Below are positions 20,655-29,072 of a stretch of DNA of 48,074 nt, in pieces. The stretch lies in the NCBI GenBank assembly GCA_027021705.1, contig JALUTT010000055.1, forward strand, positions 1-48,074, given 5' to 3'. The position numbers and the translations under genes are program-made. Each line of letters starts with the position of its first letter. Within the stretch, counting starts at the first letter, position 1. The notes beneath the pieces are model-generated. The model saw only the letters and a list, made by a program, of their open reading frames with translations, was not told where the DNA came from and did no database searches. Source of the stretch: Anaerolineae bacterium (GTDB lineage Bacteria > Chloroflexota > Anaerolineae > S140-20).

Positions 20655-23085
20655 CCGCCAGCCAGGCCCCGGCGTAGCAGAGGGCGCCGACGACGAGGAC
20701 CCGGCTGAAGCCGAAGGAGAGGGCCAGGAGCGCGGCCAGCACCGAGGCGATGACCGAGGCTGCGCCGTTGACCCCCCAGGCCCAGGGGATGCGCCGGGGA
20801 GCGTGGGCCTCCAGGTGTCGGAGCCCCTTGGGGAAGGGAACCCCCATCAGCGTGCCGACGGGGGCCAGGGCCAGGACGGCGACGAGGAGCCGCCCGGCCA
20901 GGGGGAGCCCCAGCGTTCCGGCGAAGAGGGGGGGAAGGGCCAGGGGGTAGGCGAGGACCAGCGGGGCCAGCAGGGCCAGGACGGGTCGGAGGGGAACCCG
21001 GTCCGACAGCGCACTTCCCAGGCCGGAGAAGAGGAGCAGGGCGAAGAGGACGGTGGTCAGGGCGTAGGCCGGGTGGCCCAGGAAGAGGATGAAGCGCTGC
21101 ATCAGGGGGATCTCGACGAGGAGGTAGGCCAGCCCCAGGAAGCCGAAGTAGGCAAGGGTGGCGGTGAGGGGTGGGGGAGGGGAGGCCGTCGGCGGGGGAG
21201 AGGTGTCGTCCGCTCGCTTCCGGGTCAGGCGGAGCATGAGGGGAGGGAGCAGGACGATGGGGGCGGCGGCGGCCAGGGCCAGGACCAGGAGGGCCAGGAG
21301 GACGAAGTAGCCGGCGCCGCCGAAAGGCTGCCACGTTTTCCCCAGCTCGGCCATCACCTGGCGGGCCTGGGACCTCTTGAAGAAGTGGCCGAAGAAGGGG
21401 TGATCGTCGGTGGGCGGAGTCACGTCGAAGGGGTAGGCGGCGTACCAGGCGCTCCGGTCGGGGGTCTGGAGCAGGCCGGTGAAGGTCTGGTAGTAGAGGG
21501 GTTCGGAGAGGATGTTGTACCGGTTGAGCTCCTCGGGGCGCAGGTCGGGGGTGTAGACCAGGTCGAAGGCCCGTTCGGCGGTGAACCGGCGGAGCGCTTC
21601 TGTCTCGGAGGGGGTGAAGGGGCGGTTTTTGACCAGGATGGTCAGGGTGTTGTAGCTTCGGTAGGCGACGATCTGCCGGGCCGGGTCGCCGCCCCTCCGC
21701 TCCAGAGCCGTCAGGGCCAGGGCGAAGGCCCGTAGGGATTCGCTGGGGGGCATCTGAGCCCAGCGGGTGATGACCAGGAGCCCGTTGGGCTTCAGGCGGG
21801 CCAGGTAGTCCTGGAAGGCCTCGACGGTGTTATGGTAGTCCTCGGCCAGGCTGTAGGCCCCGGAGCGGATGGGGCGGTAGGGCGTCGTCAGGGCCAGGAC
21901 CACGATGTCGTAGCGGGCCGGCGTGCGCCGGACGAAGCTGCGGGGGTCCTCCAGCACCGTCGTCACCTGGGGGTGGCCGTAGATGCCGTCGGCGGCGACG
22001 ATGACGAGGGGGTTAGGGACGACGGCGGTCACGCGGTCGGCTCCCTGGGCCAGGGCGACCCACACCTCCAGGCCGCCTCGGGGGTCCAGGATCAGGGTGT
22101 CGGCGGCGGGGCGGATCTGGTAGGCGAAGGCGGAGGGGAGGAAGCTGGTGAAGGTCAGTTGGGGCGGCGGCGTTTCTTCGCATAGCCAACAGACGCTCTC
22201 CGGCGAGAGGGAGAGGACCGGGCTCAAATCATCGCCGTCCACGAAGAGCCCCCGTTGGGGCGGGGGGGGCTCCGGGTAGCGGTAGCTGAGGCCGGCCAGG
22301 GAGCGGATGCCCGGACTCTCCACCAGGTCAATTCGGGAGAAGCTGTTCCAACGGTGGAAGACCACCCGCGCGCCGGGGTACTGGAGAGCGTAACTGAGCG
22401 CCTTGTAGGGGGAGAGGCGAAGCTCCAAGGGGGCGGGGAGGCGGATGAGGGCGGCCAGGTAACCGAGCACGAGGAGGAGCGCGGTTATTGCCAGCAGAGG
22501 TCGGATCCCTGCGGCCTTGGTGCCCTGGGTCCGGGTTGGTTGCGCGAAGAGCAAGGCGGCCACGCCTCCCAGCGTCCCGCTGAGCAGGACGGTCCCTTCG
22601 CCGCCCAGGGCGATGGGGGCAGCGAGGGCCAGCAGGCAGCCCAGGGCGGAGCCGGACAGGTTGGTGGCGTAGAGGGTGCCGACGGCCTGGGCGTGGAGGG
22701 TGAAGAGCAGCCCCAGGATGGCCCCGCTGCAGAAGAAGGGGGTGGCCAGGGCCAGGTAGTGCAGGGCCAGGATGACCACCTGCCGGCGGTCCCAGGCGAT
22801 GCGGAAGGAATCGAAGGGGAGCAGGTTGGTCAGGGCGTAGGCCCCGACGCTGGTCAGCCCGTAGCCCAGGGCCAGCAGCGTCAGGGTGGTCGAGGGGCGG
22901 CGCCGGCCCAGGCGGGGGAAGAGGGCGAGGACGGTCCCGCTGGCTCCGAAGCCCAGGAGGGCCAGGCTGATGATCAGGAAGGCGAAGTGGTAGAACTGGG
23001 CGACGGAGAAGAGGCGGGTCAGGGTGATCTCGAAGGCGAGGGTGGCGGCGGAGATGAGGAAGAGGCCGGCGCGGGTTCTTCGCAT
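20608..23085 (-). CDS. multi-TM membrane protein with central spermidine synthase-like SAM-dependent domain
   Basis: [68 protein letters not shown]. Confidence 0.8.
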   Translation of the reverse strand: MRRTRAGLFLISAATLAFEITLTRLFSVAQFYHFAFLIISLALLGFGASGTVLALFPRLGRRRPSTTLTLLALGYGLTSVGAYALTNLLPFDSFRIAWDRRQVVILALHYLALATPFFCSGAILGLLFTLHAQAVGTLYATNLSGSALGCLLALAAPIALGGEGTVLLSGTLGGVAALLFAQPTRTQGTKAAGIRPLLAITALLLVLGYLAALIRLPAPLELRLSPYKALSYALQYPGARVVFHRWNSFSRIDLVESPGIRSLAGLSYRYPEPPPPQRGLFVDGDDLSPVLSLSPESVCWLCEETPPPQLTFTSFLPSAFAYQIRPAADTLILDPRGGLEVWVALAQGADRVTAVVPNPLVIVAADGIYGHPQVTTVLEDPRSFVRRTPARYDIVVLALTTPYRPIRSGAYSLAEDYHNTVEAFQDYLARLKPNGLLVITRWAQMPPSESLRAFALALTALERRGGDPARQIVAYRSYNTLTILVKNRPFTPSETEALRRFTAERAFDLVYTPDLRPEELNRYNILSEPLYYQTFTGLLQTPDRSAWYAAYPFDVTPPTDDHPFFGHFFKRSQARQVMAELGKTWQPFGGAGYFVLLALLVLALAAAAPIVLLPPLMLRLTRKRADDTSPPPTASPPPPLTATLAYFGFLGLAYLLVEIPLMQRFILFLGHPAYALTTVLFALLLFSGLGSALSDRVPLRPVLALLAPLVLAYPLALPPLFAGTLGLPLAGRLLVAVLALAPVGTLMGVPFPKGLRHLEAHAPRRIPWAWGVNGAASVIASVLAALLALSFGFSRVLVVGALCYAGAWLAARAMAPPPASSPPRP

Positions 23086-23114
23086 AGTCACAAAGCGTGA
23101 AGCACAGGAGGCCA

Positions 23115-23732
23115 ATGATGGTGTCCCAAAAGCTTTCCGACCGGGTTCAGCGGGACCTCCGGGTTCTCCAGGCTATGGTGGACGGGCTGGAAGACTACCT
23201 CAAGTCTCCGGTGCTCTTCTGGCCTTTGGACGAGCGCAGGGTGGGGAAACCTTTGCCCCGACTGACCCTTGGTGGGTTCCTCTATCGCCTGCGTCGGCTT
23301 CGGGCTCTGGCACCCTACCTCTCGGGCAGCGAGCGGGCCCTCCTGGAGGAAGCCGAGTCCCGGTTGGATGAGTTGCAGCGGCGTTTCCCGGAGGCCTTTG
23401 CAGACAAAGTGCGTCGGGAACTGCGCAGTCGCCTGGACTCCTGGCAGTGGTTCCTGGACGACTGTGAAGAGAAGGGGAAGGAGTGCTCGGTTCACTACCC
23501 CCATCAGGTGGATGCCAGGCTCAAGGCCGACCTGCTGCTGGAGATCGGGCGGGAGATGGGCCTGGACCTGCGTAAGGAACAGGAACGATTGGCCTCCCTG
23601 GATGAGCGGCTTCGAGAGGGCTTTGTCCAGGGCGACTTCGTCTGGGACCCAACGTTGGCCGAGGCCTTTCCCCGTGATACCTACTGGTATCTGTACGGGC
23701 GCTTTCAGCTCAAAAGCTCCCAGAATCACTGA
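23115..23732 (+). CDS. hypothetical helical protein
   Basis: AGGAGG RBS, natural composition (YLKSPVLFWPL, LTLGG, FVWDP..FP...YWYLYG). Confidence 0.75.
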   Translation: MMVSQKLSDRVQRDLRVLQAMVDGLEDYLKSPVLFWPLDERRVGKPLPRLTLGGFLYRLRRLRALAPYLSGSERALLEEAESRLDELQRRFPEAFADKVRRELRSRLDSWQWFLDDCEEKGKECSVHYPHQVDARLKADLLLEIGREMGLDLRKEQERLASLDERLREGFVQGDFVWDPTLAEAFPRDTYWYLYGRFQLKSSQNH

Positions 23733-24370
23733 CGCACTGAGGGAAGTGAAGACACTGAACCGTCGTCCCCCATCCGTTCAATCCGTTCCCCAATCCGTTG
23801 ACAGCTCGTCCGCTCCGGCCACGGTGGGAGACACGAAGGGCACCAAGAGCTCAAAGAGCACGAAGCGGTGCGAAGGTCTGGACAAGCCCTCTTGGGAGCA
23901 CCACCCCCCATCCGTTCCAAATCCGCTCAATCCGTTCCCAATCCGTTGACAGCTATCCGTTCCCCAACCCGTTGACAGATTGTCCGTCCGCCAACCAGGC
24001 CCTCAGAATCACTGAAGCACTGAGAGAGGTGAGGACACTGAGCCTTGGGCAGGGCGGCCCAGGTCGTCGGCAAGGCTGTGACCCGACGGCGGGGAAGGGG
24101 CGCACAACCCCTCAGTGCGTTCATTTCTTTCAGTTGCTCAGTGATTCAACAGCTTTTGGTCACGCTCAAACGGACTTCGATGGACCGCCTACGGAGAGCC
24201 GTCGCCTCCCATCCGCTCAATCCGTTCTCAAATCCGCTGACAGCTATCCGTTCTCAAGCACTGAGGAAGGTGAAATCCTGAGCCTTGTGCAGGGCGGCCC
24301 AGGTCGTCGGCAAGGCCGTGACCCGACGGCGGGGAAGGGGCGCACAACCCCTCAGTTTTTGGTCACGCTC
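23720..24370. repeat. composite intergenic repeat cluster
   Basis: Family A units at about 23770, 23910 and 24209; 79-bp direct duplication 24038-24116 / 24278-24356; unit 23815-23877 is homologous to 47717-47781. Confidence 0.8.
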
Positions 24371-24389
24371 GTTCCATTCCTGATCCTCG

Positions 24390-24420
24390 GTAGGGGGCAG
24401 GGCGCAACGCCCTGCCCCCT
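24390..24420. repeat. GTAG-type REP hairpin, possibly acting as a terminator
   Basis: GT-AGGGGGCAGGGCG-CAA-CGCCCTGCCCCCT perfect 13-bp stem just downstream of the minus-strand operon. Confidence 0.6.
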
Positions 24421-24438
24421 TCGTGCTTGCGGGTCGGT

Positions 24439-24627
24439 TCAGGGCAGGTAGGGGTGCAGGGCGGGCGCCTGGCGACAGAAGTCGGGTACCTGTCGGCAGA
24501 AGGCTTCCATCATTGGGTCGCCCAGGACGAAGTAGAAGAGCAGCAGGGTCAGGATGCAGCAACAGCAGAGAAAGATCAGGAGCAAGAGGATCGTGAGGCC
24601 GAGGCGGCCTTTCTTCTCCTGGGCCAC
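24439..24627 (-). CDS. small Cys-rich membrane protein
   Basis: AGGAGG RBS before GTG; TM helix with a CCCC run. Confidence 0.6.
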   Translation of the reverse strand: MAQEKKGRLGLTILLLLIFLCCCCILTLLLFYFVLGDPMMEAFCRQVPDFCRQAPALHPYLP

Positions 24628-24664
24628 AGTGTGTCCTCCTTAAGCAGTAGGCCAAAGCGATGGG

Positions 24665-25357
24665 TCACGATGGGAGTTCGTAGGCCATGGGCTGGCTGGC
24701 AGCGCCGCCGGTGGCGGTCAGGTAGGCCTGACCGTAGGCGTGGCCGATGACCGTTTGAGTGTAGAAGGCGGTGAAGAGCGCACCGATGCCGCAGGCGATG
24801 GCACCTAGCGGGGCGATGAAGCCGGCGATGAGGGCAGCCAGCCAGGCCATCAGAAAGGTCCCGAAGTGGGAGCGCACCATGCTGAAGATCTCCCCGAAGG
24901 CAAGCGCGGCCATGAAGTCGTCGGTGACGGCATAGCGGACCAGGGCAGCCGGGATGACCAACATCATAGCCAGGCTATAGATGATGGCGACGAATGCGAA
25001 GCAGAAAGTGCCTAGCATAGCGATGGCTCCTCCACCGTCGCCACCCCCGTTGCTCATAGCCGACCCAATCAGCATGGTCGGGAAGAGGATGATGCAGGCC
25101 AAAAGGAGGAGAGGGAGGCTGTAGAGGAAGGAGATGATGGCCGCCATCAGCCCTCGGACGATCTTGGTGCCCCAGTCGTCCCATTCGGGCAGGGGCTGGG
25201 CTGCCCCCTGGACCACGTTGCGGGCCACCTCCAGCATGTAGCCTTGGACAAGGAACTGTCCGACGAAGGGGATCAGACCGACCAGGCCGCCGATGAGCAC
25301 TTTGGTCATCCAACGCTCATCGTCGAAGACGAAGGTAAAAGCCTTTCCGATGTCCAT
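24665..25357 (-). CDS. DUF4013-like membrane protein
   Basis: MDIGKAFTFVFDDERW..KVLIGG...IP..G....GY.........LPEWDDWG pattern; AAGGAGG RBS. Confidence 0.8.
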   Translation of the reverse strand: MDIGKAFTFVFDDERWMTKVLIGGLVGLIPFVGQFLVQGYMLEVARNVVQGAAQPLPEWDDWGTKIVRGLMAAIISFLYSLPLLLLACIILFPTMLIGSAMSNGGGDGGGAIAMLGTFCFAFVAIIYSLAMMLVIPAALVRYAVTDDFMAALAFGEIFSMVRSHFGTFLMAWLAALIAGFIAPLGAIACGIGALFTAFYTQTVIGHAYGQAYLTATGGAASQPMAYELPS

Positions 25358-25411
25358 TTGAACCTCCTTGACGTTCTGCTGACGAGCTTATGGTATGGTA
25401 GCGCTTGGACC

Positions 25412-25439
25412 GTTATACTGCGCCAGTGGCCGCCGTCAA
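25412..25439 (-). promoter_or_regulatory. possible sigma70 promoter for the DUF4013 gene
   Basis: Minus strand TTGACG-16 nt-TATAAC. Confidence 0.4.
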
Positions 25440-26260
25440 CGTAGGGGAAATTGCATCGCTCCCCGGGTGATCGCGTAGCGGAGAGCATCTATGCCTCCGA
25501 TTAACGTCAGGCTGAGGGCCAGCCCAACGAGCAAGGAGGGAAGGGCGTCCCGCCACCGCACAGCCCGATTTTCCTGGCGGGTCAGTACCAGGACGAGCAC
25601 GGTGTTGAGGCCGGTGAGCATGGCCAAGACCCCCAGCGCGCCGGTCAGAGCCAGCGGGTAGAGAAGGAGTGGGTGGCGGCTCAGGACGATGAGGATGAAG
25701 AGTCCTCCGATGGCCAGCAGGCCGGCGAATTCTCCGAAGTCCCGGACGACCGGCGTGGAGTCAGGAGATCGCCAGAGGCTGAAGTTGAGGAGCGGGTAGA
25801 CCAGCAGGCTCAGGGAGAGGCCGACGAAGGTGCCGGTGGTCAGCCGTAGCTCGTTGCGGGGCGTGTAGAGGTGGGGAGCATCGGGAAAGAAGGTCAGGTA
25901 GGAGTTCAGGCCGTCGAAGGCCCAGGCGAGGAAAAAGAGGGCCATGACCAGGAGCACGCGCACGGGGGGGAAGCGGCTAGCTCGACGGCGGCCTGCCAGC
26001 GTCAGGGCGATGATGCCCAACAGCGCGCCGCTGAAGGTGCCCGTGCAGCGGGCGCAGAGGGGGAGTTGGCGTCCGGCGATGAAGAAAGAGTGGCTGGGGA
26101 TCCGGTGGCAGACGGCGTAGCCGACGTAGTCCGCTTTGTCCAGGAGAGCCGGCGGGGTGAGGGCCAGCCAGGCGATGATGACGCCGGCGGCGAGGCCCAT
26201 TGCCAGCCAAGCGCGTCGGGCGGGATGGGCTGTGGGAAGTGGGAGGGAGGTTCTTTCCAT
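25436..26260 (-). CDS. DUF2085-like membrane protein
   Basis: VCHRIPSHSFFIAGRQLPLCARCTG, DGLNS, NELRLTTG. Confidence 0.8.
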   Translation of the reverse strand: MERTSLPLPTAHPARRAWLAMGLAAGVIIAWLALTPPALLDKADYVGYAVCHRIPSHSFFIAGRQLPLCARCTGTFSGALLGIIALTLAGRRRASRFPPVRVLLVMALFFLAWAFDGLNSYLTFFPDAPHLYTPRNELRLTTGTFVGLSLSLLVYPLLNFSLWRSPDSTPVVRDFGEFAGLLAIGGLFILIVLSRHPLLLYPLALTGALGVLAMLTGLNTVLVLVLTRQENRAVRWRDALPSLLVGLALSLTLIGGIDALRYAITRGAMQFPLR

Positions 26261-26460
26261 AGGCTGCTCTCCTGTCGGAGAGTATACTCGCTTTTGGATT
26301 TTGGGTCAAGGGCCGGTGAGGCGCTGAGGTAAGGAGAAGAAAAAGCGGTGATTACCCATATCTTTGGAGATAGGGAGACCGGCCGTCCACGAATGGGGCA
26401 CGAATACACGAATTAAAGACCGCACCCCGGAATGGCTCAGACCCCCGCAGGTGTATGAAT

Positions 26461-26750
26461 TGGACTTTGGACAAAACGTCCCCTATCCTCGACGTGGATC
26501 GAGGGTCAATCTAGCACCTTAACATCCGAGCAATCGAGCCAATGGAGAGAATCAAGCCCTCGACCGGGCTTTTCTGACCACCGGGTGGCGCTGACGCCGG
26601 GGTAAGCGTGTCCCTTTTGTCCGTCCAGGGGATTTACCCCGCGGTTTGGCAGCCCGAGCCGGGGTGCCCAACTGGCGGATAATTCGCGCGAAGTCGCGCT
26701 GCACCAGGGTGGGCGAGAGGGGGCGCTCTTTCCAACGCGGGAGATACCGC
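26461..26750 (-). pseudogene. transposase C-terminal remnant (IS4/IS701-like DDE) with probable terminal repeat
   Basis: RYLPRW..SPTLVQRDFARIIRQLGTPARAAKPRGKSPGRTKG..RHPVVRK resembles such transposase C-termini; TGGACTTTGGACAA at 26461 is a candidate IS end; N-terminus absent. Confidence 0.6.
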
Positions 26751-26921
26751 GCACGGTCTGACATCGGGCGAGTACCGACCGGAGGTGTGGGCGCTCCTGA
26801 AGGGTGGCAAGGAGGTGCGTCGCGGGCGGGGGGATGAAGTGCTCCCCTGCACCGACTACATTTGCTTTCTTGGCTGACCGTTTTGCCTGCAATGCATTTC
26901 AAATTTTTAAGGTTCTCCCTC

Positions 26922-26949
26922 TTGACTTGGAGGCCAAAATCCATATAAT
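26922..26949 (+). promoter_or_regulatory. strong sigma70-type promoter of the putative ncRNA
   Basis: TTGACT-16 nt-TATAAT with AT-rich upstream sequence in an otherwise very GC-rich genome. Confidence 0.75.
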
Positions 26950-26955
26950 GGAAAT

Positions 26956-27240
26956 TGAAGCCCCGAGAAACTGGACGATACAGTAGGGGAAGGTAACCGA
27001 AAATAACCTGAAGTTGGTAAGCGGTGGAAACCTGATCCTTCGGGAGGGGGTGGAAGCCGTAAGCCAGGGGAAAGGTGGCAACATCGGGAGACTGGCAAGC
27101 GGAAGGTTGAATCCGCAAGGAATCAACCAACCGGGAACCAACGTAGGGGGTCTTCCTCAGAAACGAGGAAGTAAGTAGGTTATCGGAAACTACTGGGTGA
27201 TCGGAAGGTTACTTGGGGCTTCACCTTTGCGACAGGGTGA
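26956..27240 (+). ncRNA. putative large structured non-coding RNA, family not recognised
   Basis: Closing helix TGAAGCCCCGAG / CTTGGGGCTTCA, at least 8 nested helices, UUCG and GCAA tetraloops; own promoter and terminator; no credible ORF. Confidence 0.75.
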
Positions 27241-27280
27241 CCGCCGGTTCCTCCCACGGGGACCGGCGGTTTTCGTCTTT
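27240..27280 (+). terminator. intrinsic terminator (+ strand)
   Basis: ACCGCCGGTTCC / GGGACCGGCGGT stem followed by TTTCGTCTTT; no U-tract on the minus strand. Confidence 0.75.
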
Positions 27281-27332
27281 GGGGTATCTGCTCGCTCAGG
27301 ACCCGGAGGGGTTCGGGGGTGGGGTAGGGGGG

Positions 27333-27914
27333 TCAGGGCAGGTAGACCTCCGGGCGCAGGACGCCGATGTAGGGCAAGTGGCGGTAGTGCTCCCGGTAGT
27401 CCAACCCGTATCCGACGACGAAGTAGTCCGGTATCTGGAAGCCTCGGTAGACGATGGGGAGGTCTACCAGCCGGCGGCGGGGACGGTCCAGGAGGGTGCA
27501 GATGACCACGCTGGCCGGATTGCGTTGGCGCAGCCAGCGCAGCAGGTAGTGCAGGGTGAGCCCCGTGTCTATGATGTCCTCGACGAGGATGATGGAGCGC
27601 CCTTCCGCTGGCTCCTCCAGGTCCTTGAGGATCTGCACGTTGCCACAACGGCCCCGGTGAGCCCCGTAGGGGCAGATGGCCAGGAAGTCTATGGTAAAGG
27701 GGATGGTGATCGTCCGGCAGAGGTCGGCCAGGAAGGGCACAACGCCCTTCAGGACGCCGACGAGCAGAGGGTCTTGGTCGGCATAGTCCTGGGAGATTTG
27801 GGCTCCCAGTTGGCGGACGCGGCCGGCGATCTCATCAGGGGCCAGCAAGATGTGGGCGATGTCCGGGTGACGTTCAACGGTCGGATTGCTGATCGTCGGA
27901 GCGGTCGGATTCAT
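27333..27914 (-). CDS. hpt: hypoxanthine phosphoribosyltransferase-like protein
   Basis: VGVLKG, ILVEDIIDTGLTL PRPP loop, FVVGYGLDY..YRHLPYI. Confidence 0.88.
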   Translation of the reverse strand: MNPTAPTISNPTVERHPDIAHILLAPDEIAGRVRQLGAQISQDYADQDPLLVGVLKGVVPFLADLCRTITIPFTIDFLAICPYGAHRGRCGNVQILKDLEEPAEGRSIILVEDIIDTGLTLHYLLRWLRQRNPASVVICTLLDRPRRRLVDLPIVYRGFQIPDYFVVGYGLDYREHYRHLPYIGVLRPEVYLP

Positions 27915-28293
27915 GCTGGAGGGCCTTCTGGCCGATCAGCTCATCGTGGCGCTCGATCATGCCCCAGCGGGCTAAGAGGGTGCGGAAGTCCCGTCGGGTG
28001 AAGAGTTTGATGTTGATGTGGGGATACCGGGCGCGTAGCCGTCGGATCTTGCGGTTCTTCTTGGTAATGAGTTCCTGGCGCATTGTGGTGACTTCGACGT
28101 AGAGGTCTTGTTCGGGCAGGTAGAAATCGGGGGTGAAGGCTTCGATGACCTGTCCCTCTTCGTCCTCCTGCAGGACGAAGGTGTGGGGCTCGTACTCCCA
28201 GGGAATCTCGTAGTAGTCCAGGAGGCGGGCGAACTCTGCCTCGCTGGGGTGGCTGAAGTGGGGTTGGGATCGGCTTTTTTGGTCGGCGTCCAT
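27874..28293 (-). CDS. small PD-(D/E)XK nuclease-like protein (T7 endonuclease I-like)
   Basis: SEAEFARLLDYYEIPWEYEP...FTPDFYLPEQDLYVEVTT; overlaps the hpt start. Confidence 0.6.
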   Translation of the reverse strand: MDADQKSRSQPHFSHPSEAEFARLLDYYEIPWEYEPHTFVLQEDEEGQVIEAFTPDFYLPEQDLYVEVTTMRQELITKKNRKIRRLRARYPHINIKLFTRRDFRTLLARWGMIERHDELIGQKALQHESDRSDDQQSDR

Positions 28294-28294
28294 G

Positions 28295-28804
28295 TCAGCG
28301 GATGTGGAACTTGAGCACGAGCCGGCCCAACTGGATCTCGTCCCCATCGCGCAGCCCCTGGGGGACATAGGGAGGGAGCCGGCGCTTGTTGATGTAGGTG
28401 CCGTTGGTGCTCAGCAGGTCTTCGATGTAGAAGCCGGTCTTCTGGCGATGGATGCGGCAGTGGTAGCGGGAGACACCGCCCTTGAAGGCCCCGTAACGGG
28501 TCAGGTCCACCATGTGGATGGACTGGTCGGGGGGATGGCCTCGACCCAGGTTGACGGTGTTCACTTTGGGGAGGACGATTTCCTGGCCATCCTCGGTGAC
28601 GAGGACTAGGGTAGCATCTAGGGGAGAACCGGGTGGTCGCTCCGGCTCTCGGGTCTCCCAGGGACTCCGGGTTTCGGTGGGGAGCTCTTGCTCTGGGACT
28701 TCATCGGTGGTGAGTCGTCGGCCGCTCTGGAGATGCACGCCGCACTTGGCGCAGAAGATGGTGCCGGGAGGATTTTCATGTCCGCATGCTGGGCACTTGG
28801 TCAT
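28295..28804 (-). CDS. zinc-ribbon plus FHA domain protein
   Basis: CPACG..FCAKCG; LGR, GVSRYH, EDLLSTNGTYIN, LRDGDEIQLG FHA motifs. Confidence 0.9.
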   Translation of the reverse strand: MTKCPACGHENPPGTIFCAKCGVHLQSGRRLTTDEVPEQELPTETRSPWETREPERPPGSPLDATLVLVTEDGQEIVLPKVNTVNLGRGHPPDQSIHMVDLTRYGAFKGGVSRYHCRIHRQKTGFYIEDLLSTNGTYINKRRLPPYVPQGLRDGDEIQLGRLVLKFHIR

Positions 28805-29072
28805 CGTTATAAGACCTTTCTCCAGGTTGAGAATGGGTAGGTGGATTGGTAGGTGGATTGGCAGGTGAAACGGACCACCTTATGATTATAACGTGCTCTG
28901 CGTGCCTTTGCAAGTCTCTTTTGATGAGAGTTTCGTGGTCCCCAGTCCGTAGTCCACGGTTAGGGGGTCTTTCGGGGCTGCTTCGCATAGCCACTTCGCA
29001 TAGTCGCAACCCCCTTTACCAGATATTCTCAAATTTTGTTGCCTCGAGGGCTCTCTTTGGCTATGCGAAACG

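Noticed and set aside
23798..24451. 217-aa ORF in the repeat cluster
   Set aside because: Composed of translated repeat units, with no RBS or motifs
26956..27240. tmRNA, RNase P RNA, SRP RNA or T-box identity for the ncRNA
   Set aside because: No T-arm/CCA tRNA-like end, no GAGGAAAGUCC P4 motif, no SRP domain IV CAGG..GGAA..AGCAG motif, and no downstream gene for a leader; a divergent 6S RNA cannot be excluded without Rfam
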